DNA from: Vampirovibrionaceae bacterium NZW_1234 | GTDB taxonomy: Bacteria > Cyanobacteriota > Vampirovibrionia > Vampirovibrionales > JAGQHJ01 | DNA length: 64,000 bases | Direction of reading: 5' to 3' | NCBI GenBank assembly: GCA_041697335.1 | Contig: JBGUGD010000001.1 | Coordinates: forward strand, 79,598 to 143,597 | Shown here: positions 28,549 to 38,932 of the stretch, piece after piece | Layout: the number at the start of each line of letters is the position of its first letter | How positions within the stretch are numbered: position 1 is the stretch's first letter | Position numbers and translations under genes: made by a program | Notes under the pieces: model-generated | What the model saw: only the letters and a program-made list of their open reading frames with translations | Told to the model about the DNA's origin: nothing | The model's database searches: none

Positions 28549-29448
28549 ATGTATTCGATGAATCCTTACGGTGGTGGTATCAGTCCCAACGTCGGAGGCT
28601 ATGGCTTTCCGCAGTCACCGCGTAGCAGCTCGTCCTCCTCAAGCTATAACAATTACAGTCCTTCAGCAGTTTCGAATTATTCGAATTACAGCCCGTCTGC
28701 CTCATCGGCATACTCGAATTTTTCAAATTACAGCCCCACGGCGGTGAGTTCCAATTTCTCGCCGAACTACTCGCCGACGCTGAACCAGTATTTGCATAAC
28801 GAAAACAAACCGATTTATTACAGCAATTCGACCAACTATTATGGTCAGGAGGGTACCCCGGTGTATAATCCCCCAATGTCGTATTCGCCGCCTGGCGGAA
28901 GCTATTATCAGGGCGGCACCTATAGCCCCAGCAGCAGTTATTATCAAGGTGGTAATTATCATGGTGGCAACTGGGCCTATGATAACAGCAATTACCACAC
29001 CTCGGCTCAGCACAATAACTACAAGAGCGATTTCACCTTTGCCCCGCAAGTCACTCAAATCGGTGACCCCTGGGCTGCCCGTTTCCTGGGCCGTCCCAAC
29101 GTATTTGGATTCAAATCCGTGGGTGACATTGCGTCCAACAATACCCGTCTCGGTGTTGGCGTCAACTCGGTGGGCGACATTAATTCCCGGAACATCTTCA
29201 ATATCAATTCCGGCAACAATTTCATTAATGTCAGCAACCTGACCCAACCCCAGCCTACCCCATTTTACTGTCCACCCGGCTACTATACGCCGTTCTATCT
29301 GGACCCCACCCAGTATGCAGATTGTCCCCCCGAGTTGTTGCAATACCTAGGCCAATCCTTTGATAGTTACCGAGGAGCTTTCGGCGGCAGCCAAAATACC
29401 TCGACCAACAACTATAACCGGGTGTTACGCGATTTTACCGATGCCTAA
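28549..29448 (+). CDS. low-complexity Ser/Tyr/Asn-rich protein with NYSP(S/T) repeats (prion-like, Pol II CTD-like)
   Basis: NYSPSAVSNYSNYSPSASSAYSNFSNYSPTAVSSNFSPNYSPT..., no signal peptide. Confidence 0.55.
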   Translation: MYSMNPYGGGISPNVGGYGFPQSPRSSSSSSSYNNYSPSAVSNYSNYSPSASSAYSNFSNYSPTAVSSNFSPNYSPTLNQYLHNENKPIYYSNSTNYYGQEGTPVYNPPMSYSPPGGSYYQGGTYSPSSSYYQGGNYHGGNWAYDNSNYHTSAQHNNYKSDFTFAPQVTQIGDPWAARFLGRPNVFGFKSVGDIASNNTRLGVGVNSVGDINSRNIFNINSGNNFINVSNLTQPQPTPFYCPPGYYTPFYLDPTQYADCPPELLQYLGQSFDSYRGAFGGSQNTSTNNYNRVLRDFTDA

Positions 29449-29523
29449 AACCCGGCATCACCGGTGAACAAGTTACCTTCCTAATTAATCTGGCTCTGCT
29501 TAGCGGCAGGGCCCTTTTTATTT

Positions 29524-30597
29524 TTACGCCGGCAGATGCAGGCCCAGGTGTTGGGCGATGAGTGGAGCATCGGCGGGGAGGGTGTCTTTTTGGGCGTTGC
29601 CGAATTGAATGGCGTTGTCCGGGTCTTTCAGGCCATTGCCGGTCAGCACGCACGTCACCGTCGAACCGGGTTCAACGTAGCCGTTGGCGCAGGCTTGAAA
29701 CAGCCCGGCCACGCTGGCGGCGCTCGCAGGCTCACAGAAAATGCCTTCTTTGGAAGCCAGGAACTGATAGGCGTAAACGATTTCGTCATCGGTCACATCA
29801 TCAATCCGCCCGCCGGATTCGTCCCGGGCGTTGACGGCCCCTTGCCAGCTGGTGGGATTGCCAATGCGAATGGCCGTGGCCAACGTTTCGGGGTTATCGA
29901 TTTTTTCACCCCGCACAATGGCCGCCGACCCGGTGGCTTCGTAGCCGAACATTTTGGGCAGGCTATCGATTTTGCCCGCATCCTTATAGGCCTTATACCC
30001 GGCCCAATAGGCGGTAATGTTCCCGGCATTGCCTACGGGAATAAAATGATAGTCGGGGGCTCGGCCCTCGAGCTGGTCACAGATCTCAAAAGCCCCTGTG
30101 CGCTGCCCGAGGAGGCGATAAGGATTGATGGAGTTGACGATGGCCACATTGGTGGCCTGCCCGAGGATTTTGACCACATCCAGGGCCTGGTCGAAATTGC
30201 CGGCAATTTCCACAATGCGGGCCCCGTACAAAATGGCTTGCGACAGTTTGCCCATGGCAACCTTGCCCTGAGGTAGCACAATCAGGGTCTCAAGCCCGGC
30301 CCGAGTGCCGTAGGCGGCCGCAGAGGCACTGGTGTTACCGGTGCTGGCGCAGATAATATGGGTATAACCCTCAGCCTTGGCTCTGGAGACGGCATAGGTC
30401 ATCCCTCGGTCCTTGAAGCTCCCGGTGGGGTTCAGGCCTTCGAATTTGAGATAGACTTTTAAACCGGGGACTCCGGCCTGTTTCGCCACGGCTGGGGCGG
30501 GAATCAGCGGGGTATTGCCTTCGTTTAAGGAGACAATGGGAAACGTGTCGTCAAAGTCAAAAAAGGACCGATAGCGGCTTAAAATGCCCTGGCTCAT
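29524..30597 (-). CDS. thrC: threonine synthase
   Basis: PLP-fold: NEGNTPLIP...SFKDRGMT... Confidence 0.85.
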   Translation of the reverse strand: MSQGILSRYRSFFDFDDTFPIVSLNEGNTPLIPAPAVAKQAGVPGLKVYLKFEGLNPTGSFKDRGMTYAVSRAKAEGYTHIICASTGNTSASAAAYGTRAGLETLIVLPQGKVAMGKLSQAILYGARIVEIAGNFDQALDVVKILGQATNVAIVNSINPYRLLGQRTGAFEICDQLEGRAPDYHFIPVGNAGNITAYWAGYKAYKDAGKIDSLPKMFGYEATGSAAIVRGEKIDNPETLATAIRIGNPTSWQGAVNARDESGGRIDDVTDDEIVYAYQFLASKEGIFCEPASAASVAGLFQACANGYVEPGSTVTCVLTGNGLKDPDNAIQFGNAQKDTLPADAPLIAQHLGLHLPA

Positions 30598-31949
30598 GGA
30601 TGGAAAACCCTCAAAACAGTTGCAATGGTTTGTGTGGTGGATTGGTTCCGGATTTGCTCAAGTGCGGCCTGCATGGCGCTTTCCTGCACATCATGGGTAA
30701 TCAGTACAATTGTCGCCGAGCCGGTCTTGGGGTCGGTGCCTTTTTGCATAATGGCATCCAGGCTGACGTTATGGTCGCCGCAGGCTTTGCCCAGATTGCC
30801 GATGACCCCGGATTCATCTTCGGCTTCCAGGCGGATGTAGTAAGCGTTTCGGGTTTCGGAGACGGGAATGAGCTTGCTTTGGGCTTCCAAGGAAAGGTTC
30901 ATACCCGCCACGGAGTGTTGGCCGGTTCTCAATGCATTGGCAATCAAGAGGACATCACCCGAAACGGCACTGGCGGTAGGTAATTCTCCAGCGCCTTTGC
31001 CGTAAAACATTACATCACCCACCGCATCGCCTTGAACAAAGATGGCGTTGTTTTCAAACAGAACCTTGGCCAGGGGGTGCTCCGAGGGAATCAACATCGG
31101 GTGAACCCGAATGTCGATGGCTTCGCCATTTTCGGAACGGGCCATGGCAATCAGACGAATGGTATAGCCCAAGGTCCGGGCCATCTCGATGTCTACCGGC
31201 CCAATGGTCGAAATGCCTTCGGCATGAATGCCGCTTTGTGCGACCTGGCGCTGGTAGGCAATGGAGGCCAGGATGCCGATTTTACAGGCCGCATCGTGGC
31301 CTTCCACATCGGCGGTGGGGTCGGCTTCGGCAAAGCCTAAATCCTGGGCTTCCTTGAGGGCCGCCTGAAAATCCAGCCCGGCCTGTTCCATGCGGGTCAG
31401 AATATAATTGGTGGTGCCGTTTAAAATGCCGGCAATCTGGCGGATCTGGTTCCCGGCCAGGGAGGTTTTTAAAGGCGAAATAATGGGAATCCCACCGGCA
31501 ACCGCCGCTTCAAAGAACAGATTGACGCCGTTTTGGGCGGCCAATGCGAACAGCTCCGGCCCATAGTTGGCAATAACCACCTTGTTGGCCGTGACCACAT
31601 GTTTTTTATTTTCCAGGGCCTGGCGAATCACTTGGTAAGGATGCTCTTTGCCCCCCATGACTTCTACAACGATATCAATGTCCGGATTGTTGATCACATC
31701 GGCCACATCATCGGAAATAATTTCGGTCGGCACGGTTTCCAGCGAGCGTTTTTTATCCAGGTTCTTGACCACAATGCGGGAAACGTGGGTGAAGGGGCAA
31801 CGGGTCAGCAATTTGTAGACGCCGGTGCCCACAGTGCCAAGACCCAGCAATCCAACATTGATGACGGGCTTGCCCGCATTGTGGGCGGCATCGGGTTTAT
31901 GGGCATCTTGTGTCAACATGGGGGACAGTCCTTCTGGTTGGTTACTCAA
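30594..31949 (-). CDS. hom: homoserine dehydrogenase (with C-terminal ACT domain)
   Basis: VGLLGLGTVGTGV NAD-binding site and a homoserine-DH catalytic domain; 4-nt overlap with thrC. Confidence 0.85.
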   Translation of the reverse strand: MSNQPEGLSPMLTQDAHKPDAAHNAGKPVINVGLLGLGTVGTGVYKLLTRCPFTHVSRIVVKNLDKKRSLETVPTEIISDDVADVINNPDIDIVVEVMGGKEHPYQVIRQALENKKHVVTANKVVIANYGPELFALAAQNGVNLFFEAAVAGGIPIISPLKTSLAGNQIRQIAGILNGTTNYILTRMEQAGLDFQAALKEAQDLGFAEADPTADVEGHDAACKIGILASIAYQRQVAQSGIHAEGISTIGPVDIEMARTLGYTIRLIAMARSENGEAIDIRVHPMLIPSEHPLAKVLFENNAIFVQGDAVGDVMFYGKGAGELPTASAVSGDVLLIANALRTGQHSVAGMNLSLEAQSKLIPVSETRNAYYIRLEAEDESGVIGNLGKACGDHNVSLDAIMQKGTDPKTGSATIVLITHDVQESAMQAALEQIRNQSTTQTIATVLRVFHP

Positions 31950-31967
31950 CGGGTTTGACGTTTGCTA

Positions 31968-32684
31968 TCACCAGGTCGGGCCCAGCGAAAAGGGCACATG
32001 GGCCGTTGCCAGAGCGGTGACGCTGATATCGGGGGAAACTTTCTGGAAGGCTTTGACGGCCTCGCTGAGGGTGGCGCCGGTGGTCATCAAATCATCCATG
32101 ATCAGAATCCGGGACTTGGGCTGGAGTCGTTGGGCCAAGGCTGGATGCACTTCTAAGGCGCCCTGGATATTCTGGCGGCGTTTGCGGCGGTGATAGATGG
32201 TGTGTTGGGCCTGAATAGGATGACGCCATTGAAGGCCGTTTTCCAGAAAGTCATAGCCGAAATGGCTGGCCAATGGGCGTGCCAACAGGGGCAATTGAGC
32301 GAGGGCGGAGTCTGCATGCGGCGGAATCATGACCACCGTCCACCCGGATTGCTGGGCCTGCGGGAGTTGCTGCCAATAATGCAACAAGATCTGGGACAAG
32401 GGAAACCCCAGCTCGGCTTGGTTGTTGAATTTTAATTGATATAAGAGCCGCTTGAGCCGGAAGGGAAACTCGCAGGCGGTATAAATAGGGGCCTTGGAGA
32501 CCGTCATAATGGGGACGGCGTGACGCACCATCAGCTGTTGTTCACAGGTGGGGCAGATGAACCCCGGCATTTTGGGAGGCATACTGTCACGGCAAACAGG
32601 GCAAAGCGCATCCGTCAGGGCCAGTCTCAGTCTATCCAATAAGAAGCCAAAAGGTTTGACAGCCATCCATCCAATACCACTCAA
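31968..32684 (-). CDS. comF: ComF-family protein (double zinc ribbon + phosphoribosyltransferase domain)
   Basis: CPVCRDSMPP...CPTCEQ zinc ribbon; ILIMDDLMTTGATL PRTase motif. Confidence 0.75.
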   Translation of the reverse strand: MSGIGWMAVKPFGFLLDRLRLALTDALCPVCRDSMPPKMPGFICPTCEQQLMVRHAVPIMTVSKAPIYTACEFPFRLKRLLYQLKFNNQAELGFPLSQILLHYWQQLPQAQQSGWTVVMIPPHADSALAQLPLLARPLASHFGYDFLENGLQWRHPIQAQHTIYHRRKRRQNIQGALEVHPALAQRLQPKSRILIMDDLMTTGATLSEAVKAFQKVSPDISVTALATAHVPFSLGPTW

Positions 32685-32900
32685 AAAAACCGGATGCCAT
32701 AGTCATAACACTCATTTTGAGCAGAATCAACCTTGTGTTAACTCCTGGCCAGTCCGATGCTTTGGCCGATTCTTGGCCCTCGGCAACCGGGGAATCCCGG
32801 GGGCGGGACTCCGGTTTTTGATCCCGGTTGCATTTTTTACAAATCCGCATACGCTTTCTCTAACAGGATTGTCGAGAGAGAATGAGTAGCCTGGTGGAGC

Positions 32901-33344
32901 ATGTGTGTTATGCGAGAAAGCGGATTCATGGATCTGTTGAAAGCCCTGGTGACGTGCAGTCATGCCCGGGCCAATGCGGTTGAAGGCAAAACGTTTTGCC
33001 CGGACTGTGGGCAGGGGGTGGTGTTTCGGTGGGTTGTTCTTAAATGTGTCGGCTGCGGGCAACGACGATCGGCTTGCTATCGGTTTCGTCAGGTAGCCCC
33101 TGTCGATCTGTGTTGCCGCTTTTGCGGTGATCCGTCCTGGGAGGCTCGGGTGTTGGTGGATCCGGAATATTATCAGCTTCGCTATGCCCTGCTCCAATAT
33201 GAGCCGGATCCGGAGGAAGCCGCTGGACGACCCGACTGGGGGTATGGGGTGCTTGTGTCCTTGATAGCGCGTTTGTGGGCATGGCTGGATCCCTCGCCAA
33301 CACAATCCCCACCCCTGTTGTGTCCTTCCTCACCTCTGTCCTGA
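32901..33344 (+). CDS. Cys-rich zinc-ribbon protein, paralogue of 3463..4077
   Basis: CPDCGQGVVFRWVVLKCVGCGQRR...CRFCG has the same cysteine spacing and similar flanks as the 3463..4077 product. Confidence 0.5.
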   Translation: MCVMRESGFMDLLKALVTCSHARANAVEGKTFCPDCGQGVVFRWVVLKCVGCGQRRSACYRFRQVAPVDLCCRFCGDPSWEARVLVDPEYYQLRYALLQYEPDPEEAAGRPDWGYGVLVSLIARLWAWLDPSPTQSPPLLCPSSPLS

Positions 33345-33572
33345 GGTGGCGGATGGGGGCAGCATCATAAATGGATGTTGTTTGTAGCGAAAACATCGGT
33401 TTTGCTTGAATTCAGGCCATGCCTTCGGCAGTGAATGGGATGAGGAATGTGTCAAAGCGTAAAATTTTTTAAAAGCCTGACTGAGCTGCTTTGAATCCCT
33501 TGACAAGCGTCGTGATGCGATGAGCGATGGCTCTTGATCACAGGCCATGGTGAATGCAGCGACCAACTGTCA

Positions 33573-33591
33573 ATACTACATCGAGTAGTAT
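33573..33591. promoter_or_regulatory. perfect inverted repeat ATACTAC-N5-GTAGTAT about 155 nt upstream of the BlaI-family gene; candidate operator
   Basis: Perfect 7-bp dyad; contains TAC(T)A/T(A)GTA half-sites reminiscent of BlaI/MecI operators. Confidence 0.35.
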
Positions 33592-33745
33592 TTGTGGAGG
33601 TAGGCTAGATTGAGAAATAGACGTTGATTTTTTAAAAGTGCTTTCCATATACTGGTAGGAACAAAATTTGAGAGTTATTCAGAGATCAATTGAGAGATAG
33701 GTAGTTTATCTATTTCAATTTGGAAGCGGAGGTTTTCTCACGGAT

Positions 33746-34210
33746 ATGAAAATGAACTTGAAGCAAGGCGACCTCGAAAATATTATTCTTAATGCTCTGT
33801 GGGATCTGGAAACGGATGGGCGCACCAAGATTTTCGTGGGAGACATTCAAGAGAAGATTAAACAGGACCGGGCCGATTCCAGAGAATGGGCCTACACCAC
33901 GGTTAAAACCGTCCTGGATCGCCTCGTGGATAAAGAAATCGCCTTCCGTGAAAAAGACGGTAAAAAATATCTCTATCGCTCGGTTCTCAAACGCGATGAA
34001 GCCGGCACCCTGGCATTAACCAAGCTGATTCGCCAGTATTTCCGCAACGATGTGAGCAACCTTGAAGCCTGCCTCGATCGCATTCGCCACACCTTTGAAC
34101 CGGTGAAGCCTTTTGCCTCCAAGCCGGTTGCTCCCTCGCTAGAAGAAGTTCTGGCCCCCATTCCCGCTGCCTCCGTTGAGACCCGAGTTGCTGAGCCGGC
34201 GATTTCTTAA
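33746..34210 (+). CDS. BlaI/MecI/CopY-family transcriptional repressor
   Basis: N-terminal winged helix ...NALWDLETDGRTKIFVGDIQEKI...EWAYTTVKTVLDRLVDKEIAFREKDGKKYLYRSV matches the penicillinase-repressor family. Confidence 0.7.
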   Translation: MKMNLKQGDLENIILNALWDLETDGRTKIFVGDIQEKIKQDRADSREWAYTTVKTVLDRLVDKEIAFREKDGKKYLYRSVLKRDEAGTLALTKLIRQYFRNDVSNLEACLDRIRHTFEPVKPFASKPVAPSLEEVLAPIPAASVETRVAEPAIS

Positions 34211-34215
34211 GGCCG

Positions 34216-34743
34216 CTATTTTTTCAGGTACGAAATTAAATTTTTCACAATCGCTTTGTGTTCTGGTGAATGCAGATTCTGCATGAAGGCTGGATCGTTT
34301 TCTGCCTTGCTCACCAAGCTGCGCTGGGCCTGAGCCGCGTTGACCTGGGCAATAAATTGCTGGAACTGGGCCGGATCTTTGGCAATGGTTTTGGTTAATT
34401 CCTGATACTCTTCCCAGGTGAGGCCCTTGGCGGCCAGAATTTGTTTGATCTGACCTTCCGAGCGCAGGGATGAAGGCGTATAGTATGTTGGCTTTAAGAC
34501 GGCCGATAATTCTTCGACGTTGGTGTTGCCATTAAAGCTTTCCAACAAGAGATTAACGGCTTGGTTTTTGCCACCGCCACCGTGATAGGACACGGTTTGT
34601 GTGGTGCTTTGAAACAGGTCCGGATAAATGTCGGCGTAAGCCTTCATTTTTTCCGGAGAAACCCCCATCGCCCAAGATTGGGCGATGATTAACACACTGA
34701 ACCCTACCGACATGACACTTTTGCCAATCCAGCCTGTCATCAT
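34216..34743 (-). CDS. hypothetical exported/membrane-anchored protein
   Basis: N-terminal hydrophobic segment MMTGWIGKSVMSVGFSVLIIAQSWAMG; start uncertain (ORF track extends to 34848). Confidence 0.4.
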   Translation of the reverse strand: MMTGWIGKSVMSVGFSVLIIAQSWAMGVSPEKMKAYADIYPDLFQSTTQTVSYHGGGGKNQAVNLLLESFNGNTNVEELSAVLKPTYYTPSSLRSEGQIKQILAAKGLTWEEYQELTKTIAKDPAQFQQFIAQVNAAQAQRSLVSKAENDPAFMQNLHSPEHKAIVKNLISYLKK

Positions 34744-35866
34744 CCAGCCATTTCCTTCTAGCGTTTGCTCAATGAAGATATAGCCCGTATCGGACGGACG
34801 TTTGCAAAACTTCAGTAATCCTGACTCCCTGATCACAATTTGTAACATGTTTCAAGTCCGTGCGATTGCTCGTCTGGGCGATTTTTCCAGGGCCTGGGAG
34901 CCCTTTGGAGAGACAGTGCTGACTGGGGTCGTGATTATTGAGATGTGGGGGTGGATGTGGACAAGGGAAAAAGGGTTGGCTTGGAGCGGCAACGAAACCC
35001 CATGTGAGGCAATTTCACCGTGCGGACAATTTGTCCGCACGGTGATTTTCAGACCGGCATGGTTTTCAGAGGGGGTATTGGCGTGTAAGGTATCGAGTTG
35101 GGGCATTCTTGAAACCTTCTTGATAGGATTTTAGTGTTATTATTCCCACTGGGTAATGTTTTTAAACGTGTATTTTGGGTAAATTAGCCTTTATATAAGC
35201 TTTTTTCCTGATTTGTTTGTGAAATTGCTTTTAAAAGTGGTGTCTTCGCCCAGGGTAATCCAACGGATTTGCGTTGCCGATCCATTGGGAATACACCGTT
35301 GGGCGGTTGGAGTGATAATGGCGATAAGCCTCTTGTGGAGGGCGTTTTTAAGATTTACTTAATGCAACATCGGCGTGTTTTTTGTTTTTAATTTATTACA
35401 GTCTTTAGAAGGACAAGTTGTCTGGCTTGCGGACTGTTCCAGTTGCAGTTTTTGGAGGATCGTCCTTTCGTACAAGGTTATGTGTGTGCGCGAAAATAAT
35501 GCGTGTGTGCGTCTTACGTGCTTTCCCAAAAAGTCCAGGCCGATTTTTCGAGCTTGTGAGTTTATCCGGTTTTTTCTCTAATCAATAAGGTTATGGACCG
35601 AGCATCTGGGGTAATAAGGCCGTGTGCCAACATTTTCCTGGATGTGCATGAGATTGAAACAGAAACAGAATAGGTGCTTTCGCCTTCTGCAGGCCGCCAT
35701 GTCCATCGGCATCCGCCCTGGGCAGGCTAACCGGCGGTGCGTTGTCAAGTGTGCTTTCTCCCCTGAAGTCACTGCTGAAGCCTACTGATTGCTGCTGAAC
35801 TCTCATGCATTCGGCAGCTTTTTTTTGTCCTTTGTGTCATGAGGGTGTGGGGCAGCGTGATAGGTG

Positions 35867-36880
35867 TCAGTCAACGTTGATGACAATCTTTCCGAAATGT
35901 CGGCCACTTTGGAGGTACTCAAAGGCCGAAACAGCCTCTTCAAAGGGGAAGATTCGGTCGATGACGGGATGAATGGGGAGCTGGCTCAAGGCCTTGTTCA
36001 TGGCTTCAAAAGAGGCTTTGGAGGCCACATAGATCCCCTGGAGCCGGATACGTTTCATCAGAACCGGTAGCACATTCAATTGGGATGCGGCACCGGAGAG
36101 GATGCCGATGACATGGATAGCTCCCTGATGGCGAACGGCATTCATCGAGAGGCTTAAGGTGTTGGCCCCACCCACCTCAATGACATGATCGACGCCCTGG
36201 CCTTCGGTCAGATCCAGCACGGCCCGATCCCATTGCGGCGTCGTGACATAGTTGAGGATCTCATCGGCTCCCAGGGTTTTGGCCCGAGCGAGCTTTTCGT
36301 CACTGCTCGACAGGAGAATTGTACGGGCCCCTATGGCCTTGGCCAATTGCAGTGCAAAGAGGGAGACCCCACCTGTACCTTGAATCAGCACGGTGTCACC
36401 GGGTTTAAGCTGACCTTCATCCACCAGGGCGCTCCAGGCCGTCAGGGCGGCTATGGGCAAGGTGGCCGCCTCCTGAAAATTCAGATGCTCAGGAATCGCC
36501 ACGACACCGGTTTCCGGCAAAATGACATGCTCGGCCAGAAGGCCGTCCAATGGTCCTCCCAAGGTGGCTTTGGCTTTCTCCCGGGTGAGCCCGCCCTCGA
36601 ACCAGCGCTGGGCGAATAGCCCCATGACCCGATCGCCCACCTTGACCTGGCTCACGCCAGGGCCTACGGCGTCAATGACACCCGCACCATCCGAGACCGG
36701 AATCAGGGGGAGAGGTTGTTTCGGGTTGTAGAGACCTTGAACCATCAGCAGATCCCGGTAATTAAGCGAAGTGGCTTTGACCTGGACCCGAACTTCGCCA
36801 GGCCCGGGACTGGGGGTGGGGCGTTCAGTTATGGCCAGTGCGTCCAACCCAAAGGCGTGTTGCAGTTCCCAGACGCGCAT
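35867..36880 (-). CDS. NADPH:quinone oxidoreductase / zinc-type alcohol dehydrogenase-like (MDR superfamily)
   Basis: GxGxxG Rossmann motif (IQGTGGVSLFALQLAK) and a GroES-like N-domain. Confidence 0.75.
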   Translation of the reverse strand: MRVWELQHAFGLDALAITERPTPSPGPGEVRVQVKATSLNYRDLLMVQGLYNPKQPLPLIPVSDGAGVIDAVGPGVSQVKVGDRVMGLFAQRWFEGGLTREKAKATLGGPLDGLLAEHVILPETGVVAIPEHLNFQEAATLPIAALTAWSALVDEGQLKPGDTVLIQGTGGVSLFALQLAKAIGARTILLSSSDEKLARAKTLGADEILNYVTTPQWDRAVLDLTEGQGVDHVIEVGGANTLSLSMNAVRHQGAIHVIGILSGAASQLNVLPVLMKRIRLQGIYVASKASFEAMNKALSQLPIHPVIDRIFPFEEAVSAFEYLQSGRHFGKIVINVD

Positions 36881-37115
36881 CAGCAGAATTCCTTTTCCGA
36901 TTCTTGATAATGCGACTAGCTTATCACTGCTTGCCCGCTTTGTCAGTGGATGGATACTGATACCGGATTCACACCAAACACGGGGCGTGTAGCGATGATG
37001 ACAACCTCGTGTTATTTGTGTTGATAACGGATTCGGCCAGGCTCAAAACATTCGAATTTGGATATTCAAGGACTGGCGTGGACTATTCCATGGGGATTCT
37101 TGTCTTGGGGGATTC

Positions 37116-37787
37116 TCATCCTGAGGTTTGGGAGCGGTTTGAATCCCCTAACAATTGGGCGAGGCGTTGTTCGAGCTTAAGCCAGTCTCCTGCAAGCTGG
37201 AGCAGGCCTGACACGCGTGATCCGATCGGCCTCGGTTGTCTCGGCTGAGAATCGGCCCGTTGTCCTCCAATACCAGAGTCTTGGTCAGTAAAGCGCTGGC
37301 CTTGCCTTTCTGACAGTCTTTGGGAGGAGTTGGAATTGCCTAACAACTGGGCGAGGCGTTGCTCGAGCTTAAGCCAGTCTCCTGCGAGCTGGAGCATGTT
37401 TGACACGCGTGATCCGATTTGCCTTGCTTGTCTCGGTCGAGAACCAGCCCGTTGCCCGGCAGGATCAGAGCCCTGTTCAGAAAAGAGCCGGCCCTGTGTT
37501 TGTGGCAGGCTTGGGGATGCGAATGGGTCAACCCGGGGTTGACTCAACAACCCCGGATTCGTTCTTTGCCAATTATTTTCAAGGCGTTGTTGTATCTCGA
37601 AATAATCCTGGACCTGGCCTAAAGCACGTGAGATGTTAAACCCTTGGGGGGTATACATATCCGAGGGGAAAAAGCCAGTTTGTGCTACGTCTTGAACAGC
37701 AGCCCAATTGCTGAGTTTTTCCAGCTCCCGGCTCAGGCGACCCCAGGGCGTCGATCCCATGAAGGAATTGTTGGCATTGCCAAACAT
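37116..37787 (-). CDS. hypothetical low-complexity protein with an internal tandem repeat of about 63 aa; N-terminus MFGN...
   Basis: Two copies of ...RVS(N/G)(M/L)LQLAGDWLKLEQRLAQLLG(N/D)SN...; GGAAGGAG RBS. Confidence 0.5.
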   Translation of the reverse strand: MFGNANNSFMGSTPWGRLSRELEKLSNWAAVQDVAQTGFFPSDMYTPQGFNISRALGQVQDYFEIQQRLENNWQRTNPGLLSQPRVDPFASPSLPQTQGRLFSEQGSDPAGQRAGSRPRQARQIGSRVSNMLQLAGDWLKLEQRLAQLLGNSNSSQRLSERQGQRFTDQDSGIGGQRADSQPRQPRPIGSRVSGLLQLAGDWLKLEQRLAQLLGDSNRSQTSG

Positions 37788-37854
37788 GCGGGGCTCCTTC
37801 CATAGCTTATATCAATGTTTGGAAATAGACGGGAGATGATGTGCCAATTGCTTT

Positions 37855-38529
37855 CTAGGTCAATAATTCAGCTAATCCCTGAACGAGAGGGTTCTCGCCG
37901 CCGGGACGGCCGCCTTCACCTTGGCCGCCTTCGCCCATGATGCGCTCAAGTAAGCCGTTTAGAAGTTGACCCAGAATGCCTTCCGGTCCGTTGCCATTTC
38001 CGGCGCCACGGCCACCCCCGCCATTCTGGTTGGGAATCTGGTTTGGATCCATATTCTGCCGCAGGAACTGCCGGGCTTCGTCGTCATCCATTTCATCGGC
38101 CATATCTTCGGCCGTATCGCGATCGACGCCCATTTGTTGTTCCAGCACCCGGGCCACTTCGTCTTCCAGATCGTCGTCATCAATGTTATTGACGCGTTGC
38201 TCAATGGCATCCTGATCGATGCGATCCTGAAGCAGGGCGGCGGTTAGCTGGCGTAATGCCTGCATTTCCGCCTCCTGAGCGGCCTGGTTGTTATTGTTGG
38301 CCCGCCCTTGTCCGGCGTTGGCGTTGTTGTTGGCATTGCCGTTGCCTTGAACATTATTATTGTTGTTATTGGCATTGTTGTTATTGTTGGTGTTTTCTTC
38401 GGGCCCACCCATGCGGTCTTCCATGGCATCCAGACGGTTGTTCATCCGATCCATGCCCCGTTGCAGATTTTGGGCCATATCTTGCCATGCCGCAGCATTG
38501 TTTCCGTTAATTATGACGTTACCAGCCAT
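37855..38529 (-). CDS. hypothetical Asn/Asp/Glu/Gly-rich protein; N-terminus MAGN...
   Basis: poly-N tract, acidic coiled segment, Gly-rich C-terminus; GAGGAG RBS before MAGNVIING. Confidence 0.5.
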   Translation of the reverse strand: MAGNVIINGNNAAAWQDMAQNLQRGMDRMNNRLDAMEDRMGGPEENTNNNNNANNNNNNVQGNGNANNNANAGQGRANNNNQAAQEAEMQALRQLTAALLQDRIDQDAIEQRVNNIDDDDLEDEVARVLEQQMGVDRDTAEDMADEMDDDEARQFLRQNMDPNQIPNQNGGGGRGAGNGNGPEGILGQLLNGLLERIMGEGGQGEGGRPGGENPLVQGLAELLT

Positions 38530-38932
38530 TTGTCGCTCCTCACACGCGTAACTATCTTCTGCCACCGATATCGGTGTCATAAACACTAACGAACCTACAT
38601 CCTAAGCGTATAAAAACAAACGTTAAAATTTTTTTGACAGCTTTTTTTAGAATTTTTTTCATCCACTTAAGACGGCTTAAGAATTGGGGGCATATGGGGA
38701 GGTCGGGGGGAGACGGGGCTCTGCCTGTTTTTTTTACACGTCTCTCACACGTTTCTCGCAGGGACAAAGGCGGGTTCTGCTATCAGTGTCGACTGTGGAC
38801 GCATGGTCGGGTTATCAGGCTTGTTGGTGAGGGACCTGGCTGAGGCAGCTCACTTTTTTTGCCGCTACTCAGGAAATGCTTGACGTGCCCGAGTGGAGTT
38901 GTTATTTTGTGTAAGACTTGATTATGTCTTGT

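Noticed and set aside
32727-33305. Minus-strand 192-aa ORF overlapping the zinc-ribbon gene
   Set aside because: The plus-strand product is paralogous to 3463..4077, supporting the + strand. The minus ORF is Pro/Arg/Gly-rich, typical of GC-rich antisense frames.
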